Assembly: GCA_964415625.1 (NCBI GenBank) | Contig: CAYQBE010000004.1 | Coordinates: 10,620-74,619 of the forward strand | From: an uncultured Clostridium sp. | Lineage (GTDB): Bacteria; Bacillota; Clostridia; Lachnospirales; Lachnospiraceae | Length of the DNA: 64,000 nucleotides | Direction of reading: 5' to 3' | Part shown: positions 1-8,560 of the stretch, one piece after another | Layout of the letters: every line of letters starts with the position of its first letter | How positions within the stretch are numbered: position 1 is the first letter of the stretch | The notes under the pieces: model-generated | The model's database searches: none | Told to the model about the DNA's origin: nothing | Seen by the model: only the letters and a program-made list of their open reading frames with translations | Made by a program: the position numbers and the translations under genes

Positions 1-42
1 GAAGCCGGGAAACCGATCATGATACAGAATGTGGATCTGTAA
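1..42 (+). CDS. 3' end of a gene running in from the left edge; C-terminus resembles the 30867..32249 protein
   Basis: Frame 1 reads EAGKPIMIQNVDL*, compared with VEMPVMIQNVEML* at the end of 30867..32249. Confidence 0.6.
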   Translation, partial: EAGKPIMIQNVDL

Positions 43-53
43 GGAGCAAAAAG

Positions 54-779
54 ATGAATATTGCGTTAATTTTGTCTGGCGGAACAGGCACGAGGATGGG
101 TTCTGACATTCCCAAACAATATATAGAAGTACATGGGAAACCGATTATCGTCTACAGTCTGGAGTGCCTGGCAAAGCATGAGGGCATCGATGCGATACAA
201 ATCGCCGCGGAGCCGGAATGGCAGGAACAGATTGAAATGTGGCTGGCCGCATTCGGGCTTGGAGAAAAATTCCGAGGCTTTTCCAATCCGGGAAAGAACC
301 GGCAGCTGTCCATTTTTCACGGATTAACGAGTATCCGGGAATATGCGGAGGACTCGGATCATATCTTGATCCATGATGCGGCGAGGCCGATGCTTTCCGA
401 CAGGCAGATCACGGACTGTCTGGCCGGGATGGCGGGGCACGACGGGGTGCTCCCGGTGCTTCCCATGAAGGATACCGTGTATACCAGCAAAGACGGGCGG
501 ATCATCGATTCCTTATTAAAGCGCGAGGAGATTTACGCGGGACAGGCGCCGGAGGTATTTCAGCTTGGAAAATATTATGAGGCGAATCTCCGGCTGATGC
601 CGGAACAGATCCTGAAGATCAACGGCTCCACAGAGCCTGCGGTCATGGCAGGGATGGACATCGCGGTGATATCGGGGGATGAAGGGAATTTTAAGATTAC
701 AACGCAGATCGACCTGGAACGTTTCCGGAGGATGATAAAGGCAGGAGGAACGAACAGGAACGCAGAGGCACGATCCTAA
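54..779 (+). CDS. IspD/TarI-family polyol-phosphate cytidylyltransferase
   Basis: LILSGGTGTRMG..PKQY, IHDAARP, QAPEVF, NFKITT motifs; AGGAG RBS; glycan-locus context favours a TarI-like role. Confidence 0.85.
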   Translation: MNIALILSGGTGTRMGSDIPKQYIEVHGKPIIVYSLECLAKHEGIDAIQIAAEPEWQEQIEMWLAAFGLGEKFRGFSNPGKNRQLSIFHGLTSIREYAEDSDHILIHDAARPMLSDRQITDCLAGMAGHDGVLPVLPMKDTVYTSKDGRIIDSLLKREEIYAGQAPEVFQLGKYYEANLRLMPEQILKINGSTEPAVMAGMDIAVISGDEGNFKITTQIDLERFRRMIKAGGTNRNAEARS

Positions 780-783
780 ATGT

Positions 784-807
784 GCGGCAGATTTATCTGG
801 CGCGCAG
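784..807 (+). repeat. 24-bp intergenic motif, copy 1 (GCGGCAGATTTATCTGGCGCGCAG)
   Basis: 23/24 identical to 3548..3571. Confidence 0.7.
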
Positions 808-843
808 TATCATATTCGGATTAAAAGTGGAGGTGTTTTTAGA

Positions 844-2088
844 ATGAAGCGAAATTACAGAAAATGCGCGGCGCTGGCATTGTCCCTGACGCTGGCGATG
901 TGCGCCCCTATATCTGCGGCAGCAGATGAGTCAGGGCAGACTGATCCGGCCGTAGCGGACAAGTCAGGGCAGATCGGTTCGGCCGCAGCAGATGGGACAG
1001 CACAGGCCGGTTCAGCGGGCAGCGGACAGAGGGCAGGGATCAATAAGCAGGATGTATATCAGGTGCTTCTTCCAACGGATGTCAACGGCGTTTTCGATTT
1101 TATGATCGATCCGCAGAAGCTGATCGAGGAGACCAATGCCGCCGCATACGGAGGAAAGAGCTTTGAAAAGGGGGCGACGGTATTTTTTCATCGGATGGAC
1201 GGCCGGTCGGCGGAGGAATACAGCAGTTCCAGCGACCAGATGACGATTACGAACAGGAGCACAGTTCCTGTGGAAATCATGGTCGATGTCAGCGTTTCGC
1301 CGGACTCCCTCGGAGGCATCACCATGACCGGAGACCGGACCTTTGCCGGGGATACCGGGGCGAGCCTGTACATGGCCCTGACAGACGGAGAGAATACGGT
1401 GCCTGTCGGGACGGGGGACTCCTGGATCCGGACCACGATCCCGGCCGCGCCGGAGGAGGCGTTTGAATACAGCTATGACCAGGAGCGGGGAGAATATAAC
1501 CGGGGATTAAAGCAGGATCTGAATGGAATACAATTTCCGGAATATTCGTTCCGGCTTGTCGGCGCAGCCAACGAGAAGGGGGACTGGGCCGCATTGGGAA
1601 AGGCTGCCCCGCGGATCAATGTTACATGGAAGGTGACGCCGGGGCAGAGCCTGAATTCCGGCGGGGAAAAGGATGCGGATGAAACTATGGACGTGGAACG
1701 AAGTGATATCCTGACGCAGATACTGGAAACCGAGCCGGTTGACAGGGAGTCAGCGGATGGAAATGCAGCTCAGGGAAGCGGGCCGTCGAAGCAGGAGCCT
1801 GGGGATGATGGAAATGCAGATCAGGGAAGCGAGGCGTCGAAGCGGGAGCCTGGGGATGGAAATGCGGCTCAGGGAAGTAAGCCGTCGGAGCGGGAGCCTG
1901 CGGATGGGGGTGAAGGGACGGGAAGAGTGCCAGCACAGGACGAGGCTGCAGATTCGAATGGAGAGCCGGCGCAGAATGGAAATGCGGATGCAGGCAGCGA
2001 GTCGGCGCTGAATAGAAATGCGGAATCAGACACAGAGCCGCCGAAGAGTGAAAATACGGATTTGGACAGAGAGCCGGTGCGGAATTGA
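844..2088 (+). CDS. Secreted protein with signal peptide, unnamed beta-rich domain and acidic low-complexity repeat tail
   Basis: MKRNYRK + hydrophobic stretch + AxA site; GGAGG RBS; motifs shared with 32331 and 34610 proteins; EPGDGNAAQGS-type repeats. Confidence 0.8.
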   Translation: MKRNYRKCAALALSLTLAMCAPISAAADESGQTDPAVADKSGQIGSAAADGTAQAGSAGSGQRAGINKQDVYQVLLPTDVNGVFDFMIDPQKLIEETNAAAYGGKSFEKGATVFFHRMDGRSAEEYSSSSDQMTITNRSTVPVEIMVDVSVSPDSLGGITMTGDRTFAGDTGASLYMALTDGENTVPVGTGDSWIRTTIPAAPEEAFEYSYDQERGEYNRGLKQDLNGIQFPEYSFRLVGAANEKGDWAALGKAAPRINVTWKVTPGQSLNSGGEKDADETMDVERSDILTQILETEPVDRESADGNAAQGSGPSKQEPGDDGNADQGSEASKREPGDGNAAQGSKPSEREPADGGEGTGRVPAQDEAADSNGEPAQNGNADAGSESALNRNAESDTEPPKSENTDLDREPVRN

Positions 2089-2160
2089 GCAGGGAAACCA
2101 ACGCAGAACAAAAATACGGATTCAAATGGCGGCTCGATGCAGAACGGAAATGTGGAAGCC
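1735..2160 (+). repeat. Imperfect coding tandem repeats (about 48-51 nt, then 36 nt units) in and just past the 844 gene tail
   Basis: Recurring GGAGCCTG..GATGGAAATGC.G.TCAGGGAAG and GAGCCG.CGCAGAA.GGAAAT.CGGAT units. Confidence 0.7.
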
Positions 2161-2195
2161 GCATCGCAGGATAAATTATATACTGTGCGTCAGCT

Positions 2196-2234
2196 AAATC
2201 CCCAGAGCATGAGCAGCTTTGGGGATTTGTTGTT
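2196..2234 (+). terminator. Probable intrinsic terminator after the 844 gene
   Basis: AAATCCCCAGAGC-loop-GCTTTGGGGATTT followed by a T-rich tail. Confidence 0.65.
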
Positions 2235-2475
2235 ACATGTCACAAAAATTTCACTTGTGTTCTCCAGGGACAGTATGCTAGAATAAAACAAAGCATATTT
2301 TCTTAAAGTTCATTTAAAACGGATCAGACAGTTCCGTTCTATCTATGACAGATCAATACGAGGGATTTCATTCCCTGTCCTTTCAGAAAATTCGTGCTTT
2401 TATCCAGATAAGCAGGAGTTCTTCTGAACAGGAATCGGAAAATCTCCTGAAAAAAACAGAATAAGGAGGTTTTCT

Positions 2476-3492
2476 ATGGCGCAGACGAACAAAGAAACCA
2501 GCACAATCTACTGGCATCCCGCATTTTACGCGGGTATTCAGATTGAACTGCTGGACGACGCGGATAATTTGGAATTTGAGAGTGAGCATCTGCTGAGCAA
2601 AAAGCCCATGCAGATCGATATCCTGATCATCAAAAAAGAAAGTGACCGGCCAGTAAAGAAGAACATCGGGAGATTTTTCAGAAAAAGAAATATCGTTGAG
2701 TATAAATCTCCGGACGATTCCCTCTCTGTTGACGATTTTTATAAGGTATACGGATATGCCTGCTTTTACAAATCGGATACGGTCACTGTAAATGAGATTC
2801 CCCTGGAGGAGCTCACGATCACCCTCGTATCGGAAGGCTATCCCCGGGAACTGATTCGGCATTTGCGGGAGGTAAGAGGTTACGAGGTAGAGAATACGGA
2901 GGACGGGATCTACTCCGTTACAGGTGACAAGATTCCAATCCAGATCCTTGTCACCAGGCAGTTATCCAGGAAAGAGAATCTTTGGCTGAGAAGCCTTACC
3001 AATAAGCTGGATACACTGGAAAATGCGAAGCTTCTGGTTGAAGATTATGTAGAGCACAAGAAAAATAATCTGCACAGGGCGTTCATAGAGACAATTATGC
3101 GCGCGAATCAAAAATTGTTTGAGGAGGTAAATGGTATGAGCGATATATTTATGGAAATCGTACAAGAAAAATTTGACAAGAAGCTGAAAGAAGAGCTAGA
3201 TAAACAATTAGCTATCGAATTGGATAAACAATTAGCTATCGAATTGGATAAACAGTTAGCTATCGAAACCAAAGAAATTAAAGAAGAAATGAAAAAAGAA
3301 ATGAAAAAAGAGCGGATAACAGACCGCATCACCATGATCTGGAAAAAATGCGCTAAAGACAAATCTCTTACAGTGATTGCCAATGAGATGGAGACTGAAC
3401 CCGAGGAAGTTCTCCCAATCTACAATCTTATTATAGAAAACCCCGGTAAAACAGTGGATGAGATTTACACGCTATTCGCTGGATCAGTATGA
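2476..3492 (+). CDS. PD-(D/E)XK nuclease-like protein (Rpn/transposase-like) with variable C-terminal repeats
   Basis: QIDILIIKK...NIVEYKSPDD..DDFYKVYGYACFYK catalytic-type motifs; helical repeat tail; AGGAGG RBS. Confidence 0.7.
   Translation: MAQTNKETSTIYWHPAFYAGIQIELLDDADNLEFESEHLLSKKPMQIDILIIKKESDRPVKKNIGRFFRKRNIVEYKSPDDSLSVDDFYKVYGYACFYKSDTVTVNEIPLEELTITLVSEGYPRELIRHLREVRGYEVENTEDGIYSVTGDKIPIQILVTRQLSRKENLWLRSLTNKLDTLENAKLLVEDYVEHKKNNLHRAFIETIMRANQKLFEEVNGMSDIFMEIVQEKFDKKLKEELDKQLAIELDKQLAIELDKQLAIETKEIKEEMKKEMKKERITDRITMIWKKCAKDKSLTVIANEMETEPEEVLPIYNLIIENPGKTVDEIYTLFAGSV
3193..3264 (+). repeat. 24-nt tandem repeat x3 encoding ELDKQLAI
   Basis: GA(G/A)(C/T)T(A/G)GATAAACA(A/G)TTAGCTATC x3, followed by 12-nt EMKK-type units. 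Confidence 0.9.
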
Positions 3493-3547
3493 TAATCAGA
3501 AAAGCGGCATAATTCCTTATGCGGCTGTGCGCATCATGTTATACTGA

Positions 3548-3571
3548 GCGGCAGATTTATCTTGCGCGCAG
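3548..3571 (+). repeat. 24-bp intergenic motif, copy 2
   Basis: GCGGCAGATTTATCTTGCGCGCAG, matches 784..807. Confidence 0.7.
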
Positions 3572-3622
3572 CATATTTCCACGCAGATGTACAATATCAA
3601 TTCAGATAAGGAAAGAACAGAT

Positions 3623-4873
3623 ATGGATAAAAAATATACAATAGCAGTCGCAGGAACAGGATATGTCGGCTTGTCTGCCGCGGTACTCCTGTCTCAGCAT
3701 CACACGGTATACGCCGTGGACATCGTTCCGGAAAAGGTGGAAATGATCAATCAGCGCAGGTCCCCGATCCGGGATGAGTATATCGAAAAATTTTTTGCGG
3801 AAAAGGAACTGGATCTCACAGCGACCCTGGATGCCCGGCAGGCATACAGCAGCGCGGATTTTGTTGTCATCGCGGCGCCGACCAACTATGACAGCCAGAA
3901 GAATTTTTTCAATACGTCTGTTGTGGAGTCTGTGATCCGGCAGGTGATGGAGTATAATCCGAACGCGGTCATGGTCATCAAGTCTACGGTTCCCGTAGGC
4001 TATACCGAGAGCATCCGGAAGAAAACAGGCAGCAGGAATATCCTGTTCAGTCCGGAATTTTTGAGAGAAAGCAAGGCGCTTTACGACAACCTGTATCCCA
4101 GCAGGATCATCATCGGTACAGATCAGGAGGATGAGCGTCTGGACGGATCAGCCCGGATATTTGCACAGATGCTTCAGGAGAGCGCGGTCAAAGAAAATAT
4201 CGATACCCTGTTTATGGGCTTTACCGAGGCGGAAGCCGTAAAGCTGTTTGCAAATACCTATCTGGCGCTGCGGATCAGCTACTTCAATGAGCTGGATACC
4301 TATGCGGAGATGAAGGGGCTGGACACGCAGCAGATCATCCAGGGCGTCTGCCTGGATCCCCGCATCGGCATGCACTATAACAACCCGTCCTTTGGCTACG
4401 GAGGATATTGCCTGCCAAAGGACACCAAGCAGCTCCTTGCAAATTATTCTGATGTACCGGAAAATCTGATCGAAGCGATCGTAGAGAGCAACCGGACAAG
4501 AAAGGATTTTATCGCGGACCGGGTGTTAAAAATGGCAGGCTACTACAGCTATGCGGAGGATAACCAGTACAGCCAGTATATGGAAAAAACTGCTACAGTG
4601 GGTGTGTACCGCCTGACGATGAAGACCAATTCTGACAATTTCCGTCAGAGCAGCATCCAGGGGATCATGAAGCGCATCAAGGCAAAGGGCGCGGCAGTGA
4701 TCATTTATGAACCGACGCTTGAGGAAGGCGGGACATTTTTCGGCTCAGAAGTTACGCATGACCTGGAAAAATTTAAGGCGCAGAGCCAGGTGATCATAGC
4801 CAACCGTTATGACAGATGCCTGGATGATGTAAAAGAGAAAGTATATACGCGGGATATTTTTCAGCGCGATTAA
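3623..4873 (+). CDS. ugd: UDP-glucose 6-dehydrogenase
   Basis: [41 protein letters not shown] motifs; ORF track start 3587, likelier ATG 3623. Confidence 0.95.
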   Translation: MDKKYTIAVAGTGYVGLSAAVLLSQHHTVYAVDIVPEKVEMINQRRSPIRDEYIEKFFAEKELDLTATLDARQAYSSADFVVIAAPTNYDSQKNFFNTSVVESVIRQVMEYNPNAVMVIKSTVPVGYTESIRKKTGSRNILFSPEFLRESKALYDNLYPSRIIIGTDQEDERLDGSARIFAQMLQESAVKENIDTLFMGFTEAEAVKLFANTYLALRISYFNELDTYAEMKGLDTQQIIQGVCLDPRIGMHYNNPSFGYGGYCLPKDTKQLLANYSDVPENLIEAIVESNRTRKDFIADRVLKMAGYYSYAEDNQYSQYMEKTATVGVYRLTMKTNSDNFRQSSIQGIMKRIKAKGAAVIIYEPTLEEGGTFFGSEVTHDLEKFKAQSQVIIANRYDRCLDDVKEKVYTRDIFQRD

Positions 4874-4880
4874 AACTTTG

Positions 4881-4968
4881 CCACCTGTACGGTTGCAATC
4901 CGAACTATCAGTTTTATGCAATTTATTGCAATAAAACCGATAGTTCGGATTAGCAACCGTACAGGTGG
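4881..4968. mobile_element. 88-bp fully palindromic MITE-like element with 8-bp target-site duplication
   Basis: Near-perfect arms CCACCTGTACGGTTGC(T)AATCCGAACTATC.GTTTTA..; flanked by AAACTTTG at 4873-4880 and 4969-4976. Confidence 0.8.
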
Positions 4969-5055
4969 AAACTTTGTATTCTGATTTTGGCTCCGGCCTG
5001 TCCGGATCAGGTAAGGCTATTTGTCAATCGTTCCTCAAGAAGGAGACATAGAAAC

Positions 5056-7260
5056 ATGAAATTTTTACAATTAACACCGGGGTACCGGACAGCGCTGGCG
5101 GACGGCGTGCTGGTGCCGGATTCCCCGAAGCACATGGCAACGGAGGAATTTTGCAGAGCATATCCGGGCAGCAGGCTTCACCTGTGCGAAGAGGGCTACC
5201 TGTTTGCCCCGGCCATTTTTTCCATGGAAAGAAATCCTTCCTATATATATAGCTATGCATACCAGCCCGAAGAAAACTGGGCGTCCTACACGCAGAACCT
5301 GACGCCTCAGAGCTATGGCCGGGCGGACTATATATTTGACCAGGAATGCTGGTTCCGCGTCTGCGTCAGGAGAGAGGACGGGGAGGACCTGGCCTCAGAG
5401 GACTTCGGACGTTCCGATGAATTGATAGAATACCAGGAGGCACAGAAGGCGGCGGCTGTCCGGCCGAAGCCTTGGTTTGAGCAGGAGATCGCGGAGACCA
5501 TCGCCTCCATCCGGCAATTTGAGCAGGAAACTGCGGAAAATATCGCTCCCATCCGGCAATTTGAGCAGGAAACTGCGGAGACTATCGCTCCTGTCCGGCA
5601 AAAGGACACTCCGCATACGATGAAGCTGTGCCTGCTGACAGATACCCACTATACGGTCAACGGAACCTGGGAAGACACGCTGCACAATATCTGGAGTGTC
5701 GCCGCGCATATCAAATACGATGCGATCGTACACCTGGGAGACCTTACGGACGGCATGCTCCCCAAAAGGCTGACAAGGAAATATGTAGAAAATATGATAC
5801 GTGGCCTGGAGGACTGCGGCGCCCCCCTCTATATCGTTCCCGGAAATCACGACAGCAATTATTTCCGAAACCGCCGGAATGCATTTTCCAATGAGGAAAT
5901 GAGGAGGCTTTATCGGCTGTATGGGATTGAGGAAAATGCTGCGGGTGATGCCGGTTTGGATTACTTCATTGATGTTCCTGAATTTTCCCTCCGGATGATC
6001 TTTTTATCCTCCTTTGACGATATGGCCGCTGTCCGCTACGGCTACACCGAAGAGCAGCTCCAATGGCTGAAGGAAGTGCTGGCGTCTTCCGTGCCGGGTA
6101 CAAAATTTCTTGTGTTTTCCCACGACGCGCCTCTCGCAAAGCTGGATTATTGGAGCTTCCACATCTGGAACGGAAGAGAACTGCTGGACATCTTGGAGGA
6201 ATGCAACAGGTCAGAGGCGTATCAGATTGCGGGATTTTTTTACGGGCATACCCATGCGGATTATATTTTCGACGAATGCAGTTTCCCGGTCATCTCTACA
6301 GGCTGCGCCAAGCTGGAGTATTTCACAGACAAAAAGCCCCGGGGAGCAATTGCCTGGCCGCGGGAAGCGGACACGGTGACACAGGATCTGTGGGACAGCG
6401 TGCTGATCGATTTTGACAGGCAGACCCTGAAGCTGATCCGGTTCGGCGCCGGGGCAGACAGAGAAGTATCCTTTGCAAAAAAGAAAAGCATATTTCAGGA
6501 TATCGCGGTCATGGAGCGCAGAAACCGTACCATGAAAATCTGGGCGCACCGCGGCGTCAGCGGCTATGCCCCGGAGAATACGCTGCCTGCTTTTGAACTG
6601 GCTCATACGATGGGAGCTGACGGTATCGAGCTGGACGTGCAGCTTAGCAAGGACGGCGTGCCGGTGGTCATTCACGATGAATGGCTCGACAGAGTGAGCG
6701 ACGGTACAGGATATGTGAAGGATCATACCCTGGAAGAGCTCAAAGCATTGAATATGAATCGATCCTTTCCCGCGTATGGGCGGGTTGCCATTCCTACCCT
6801 GGAAGAGGTGTACGACCTGGTCAGAAAAACGGATCTGACGATCAACCTGGAATTGAAAAACAGTACGGTCTTTTACGAAGGGCTGGAGGAAAAGGTGCTG
6901 CGCCTGGCCGAGGAAAAAGGGCTGGCGGACCGGATCATCTATTCCTCCTTCAACCACTATTCCATGCGGAGGGTGAAGCAGCTCCTGCCAGACGCCAGGG
7001 TGGCGTTTCTCTACTGTGAAGAAATATTGGATATTGCGGAGTATGCGGAAAAATATGGGGTTTATGCAGTGCATCCATCGGTGGGGTGTATGAAATATCC
7101 GGGGGTGGATGTGGTAAAGGAGTGCCATGCGAAGGGCGTGCGGGTGCATGTCTGGACGGTGAATGAGGAAGAGGATTTTGAGAGGATGCGGGAACTGGGA
7201 GTGGACGCGGTGATCACGAATTATGTGGAGAGAGGGATAGATCCTGGGTATACTTTGTGA
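5056..7260 (+). CDS. Calcineurin-like metallophosphoesterase fused to glycerophosphodiester phosphodiesterase (GDPD)
   Basis: DTH, GDLTD, PGNHD, GHTH metallophosphoesterase motifs; WAHRG..PENT, IELDVQ..DG..V.HD, WTVN GDPD motifs; AGGAG before ATG 5056. Confidence 0.85.
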   Translation: MKFLQLTPGYRTALADGVLVPDSPKHMATEEFCRAYPGSRLHLCEEGYLFAPAIFSMERNPSYIYSYAYQPEENWASYTQNLTPQSYGRADYIFDQECWFRVCVRREDGEDLASEDFGRSDELIEYQEAQKAAAVRPKPWFEQEIAETIASIRQFEQETAENIAPIRQFEQETAETIAPVRQKDTPHTMKLCLLTDTHYTVNGTWEDTLHNIWSVAAHIKYDAIVHLGDLTDGMLPKRLTRKYVENMIRGLEDCGAPLYIVPGNHDSNYFRNRRNAFSNEEMRRLYRLYGIEENAAGDAGLDYFIDVPEFSLRMIFLSSFDDMAAVRYGYTEEQLQWLKEVLASSVPGTKFLVFSHDAPLAKLDYWSFHIWNGRELLDILEECNRSEAYQIAGFFYGHTHADYIFDECSFPVISTGCAKLEYFTDKKPRGAIAWPREADTVTQDLWDSVLIDFDRQTLKLIRFGAGADREVSFAKKKSIFQDIAVMERRNRTMKIWAHRGVSGYAPENTLPAFELAHTMGADGIELDVQLSKDGVPVVIHDEWLDRVSDGTGYVKDHTLEELKALNMNRSFPAYGRVAIPTLEEVYDLVRKTDLTINLELKNSTVFYEGLEEKVLRLAEEKGLADRIIYSSFNHYSMRRVKQLLPDARVAFLYCEEILDIAEYAEKYGVYAVHPSVGCMKYPGVDVVKECHAKGVRVHVWTVNEEEDFERMRELGVDAVITNYVERGIDPGYTL
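5476..5601 (+). repeat. 42-nt in-frame tandem repeat x3 (FEQE.AE.IA.IRQ)
   Basis: TTTGAGCAGGA...CCGGCAA units at 5476, 5518, 5560. Confidence 0.9.
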
Positions 7261-7345
7261 AACGGCCGGATGGCCATAATGGGGTGCCCTTGGGTATACT
7301 TTGTGAAACGGCCGAATGGTTATTAATGGGATGCCCTTGGGTATA
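7245..7345 (+). repeat. 46-47 bp tandem direct repeat (2 units plus a partial) spanning the GDPD stop codon
   Basis: TGGGTATACTTTGTGAAACGGCCG at 7245 and 7291; TGGGTATA again at 7338. Confidence 0.8.
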
Positions 7346-7408
7346 ATGTAGTGGAGAGAAAATTCGATTAGAAAAAAATAAGATAAAAAACATACGGAGA
7401 GAGAAACT

Positions 7409-8164
7409 ATGAACGAAAGAAGCAGATCAGGCAATAAATACATGGAGAAAGCATTGCCGCTCCTAAAGGAAATTGTGGATAAAAACGGTGTGAAGTATCT
7501 GCAAGAAGAGCCATATGCCGTATACAAGAGCCTCGAATCCCAGGAAACAGACCCGAGAGTATGTCGTGTAGTGCTGATGTTGCTGCTGGCAGGGGCGGCG
7601 GAAAATGCAGAAGAGATGGATGAAAAGGAATTGTCCGGCTATATCCAGAAGGAGTGCTTCCTGAAAAAAGCGGCGGCTGATCAGGTATCACAAATGTGGA
7701 TTGCCCTGTTCGGAAAGCAGAATCTGGAAGAATGGGCGAAGAACGACGGGCAGGGACTTCGGGATTTTTGCAGCCGGGAATGGGAATACTCCTGGGATGG
7801 CGAAGCAACCTGGTATTCCGGGGGAGTACATATAGATTGCTGGTGCAGCGGAACAGTGGAAATAGAGGTGTCTGACGAGGAAATGGTAAGGAAGGAGACT
7901 GCAGGCCTGCTTAAGAAGAATCCGTTCATCTCTGCGGAGAAAATATTTGAGCATTATAAAAAGATTCTCAAAAAGGTTCTGGACGAGGAGATGGAGGATT
8001 ACGTTACGTGCGATGACTACTATCCGCCGGTTATGGAGGATTATGGAGACAATTTTGAGTATGCACTGGAGGAGTTTTGTAAAAAATATGGGTTTGATCT
8101 GGTGAACTGTGAATGCGATGGAAGTATGTCGGATTTTGAGCCGAATGGGAGAGGGTATTGGTAG
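7409..8164 (+). CDS. Hypothetical acidic protein
   Basis: 251-aa ORF with GGAG-containing RBS; no recognisable motif. Confidence 0.7.
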   Translation: MNERSRSGNKYMEKALPLLKEIVDKNGVKYLQEEPYAVYKSLESQETDPRVCRVVLMLLLAGAAENAEEMDEKELSGYIQKECFLKKAAADQVSQMWIALFGKQNLEEWAKNDGQGLRDFCSREWEYSWDGEATWYSGGVHIDCWCSGTVEIEVSDEEMVRKETAGLLKKNPFISAEKIFEHYKKILKKVLDEEMEDYVTCDDYYPPVMEDYGDNFEYALEEFCKKYGFDLVNCECDGSMSDFEPNGRGYW

Positions 8165-8216
8165 GGTGGAGCGCCGGGGACAAAACTGGCTTTATCCAAA
8201 AGTGTGCATGCAAGCT

Positions 8217-8238
8217 GGATTAGCAACCGTACAGTTGG
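8217..8238. mobile_element. Solitary terminal-repeat copy of the 4881..4968 element
   Basis: GGATTAGCAACCGTACAGTTGG, 21/22 match to the right arm at 4947-4968. Confidence 0.65.
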
Positions 8239-8560
8239 AATATATTTGGAGAAAAGTAGTGCATACCATAAACTGGTACTGGATATTCCGGAAATGTCAT
8301 TGTATTATTAAGATAGAATCTCGGCTGCTTGTAAAAAAGTACTGGAAATGTCTTAAGATATTTGAAAAATATTCGATAAATAATAAGAGTAATTATGCAA
8401 TTTTAGCATTGTCTGAATTAGTATTATCTTTTTCTGGATATTTTGATTGGTTTTAGGGTGGAATTTAAAGTATATATATAATATTACATATTAGAGCGCG
8501 GACAGATATGAGTTCATACTGGATGATGAATACAGGAATGATAAAGGAGGCAAGACCAAC

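Noticed and set aside
54-779. Housekeeping MEP-pathway ispD
   Set aside because: No ispF; context points to CDP-polyol supply, so no gene symbol assigned
7245-7345. Possible mini CRISPR array
   Set aside because: The intervening segments resemble each other, there are under three units, and no cas genes are present
6211-7527. 438-aa minus-strand ORF
   Set aside because: Antisense shadow of the GC-rich GDPD gene; no motifs
8109-8456. 115-aa + strand ORF
   Set aside because: Overlaps the previous gene, crosses an IS end into AT-rich intergenic DNA, no RBS
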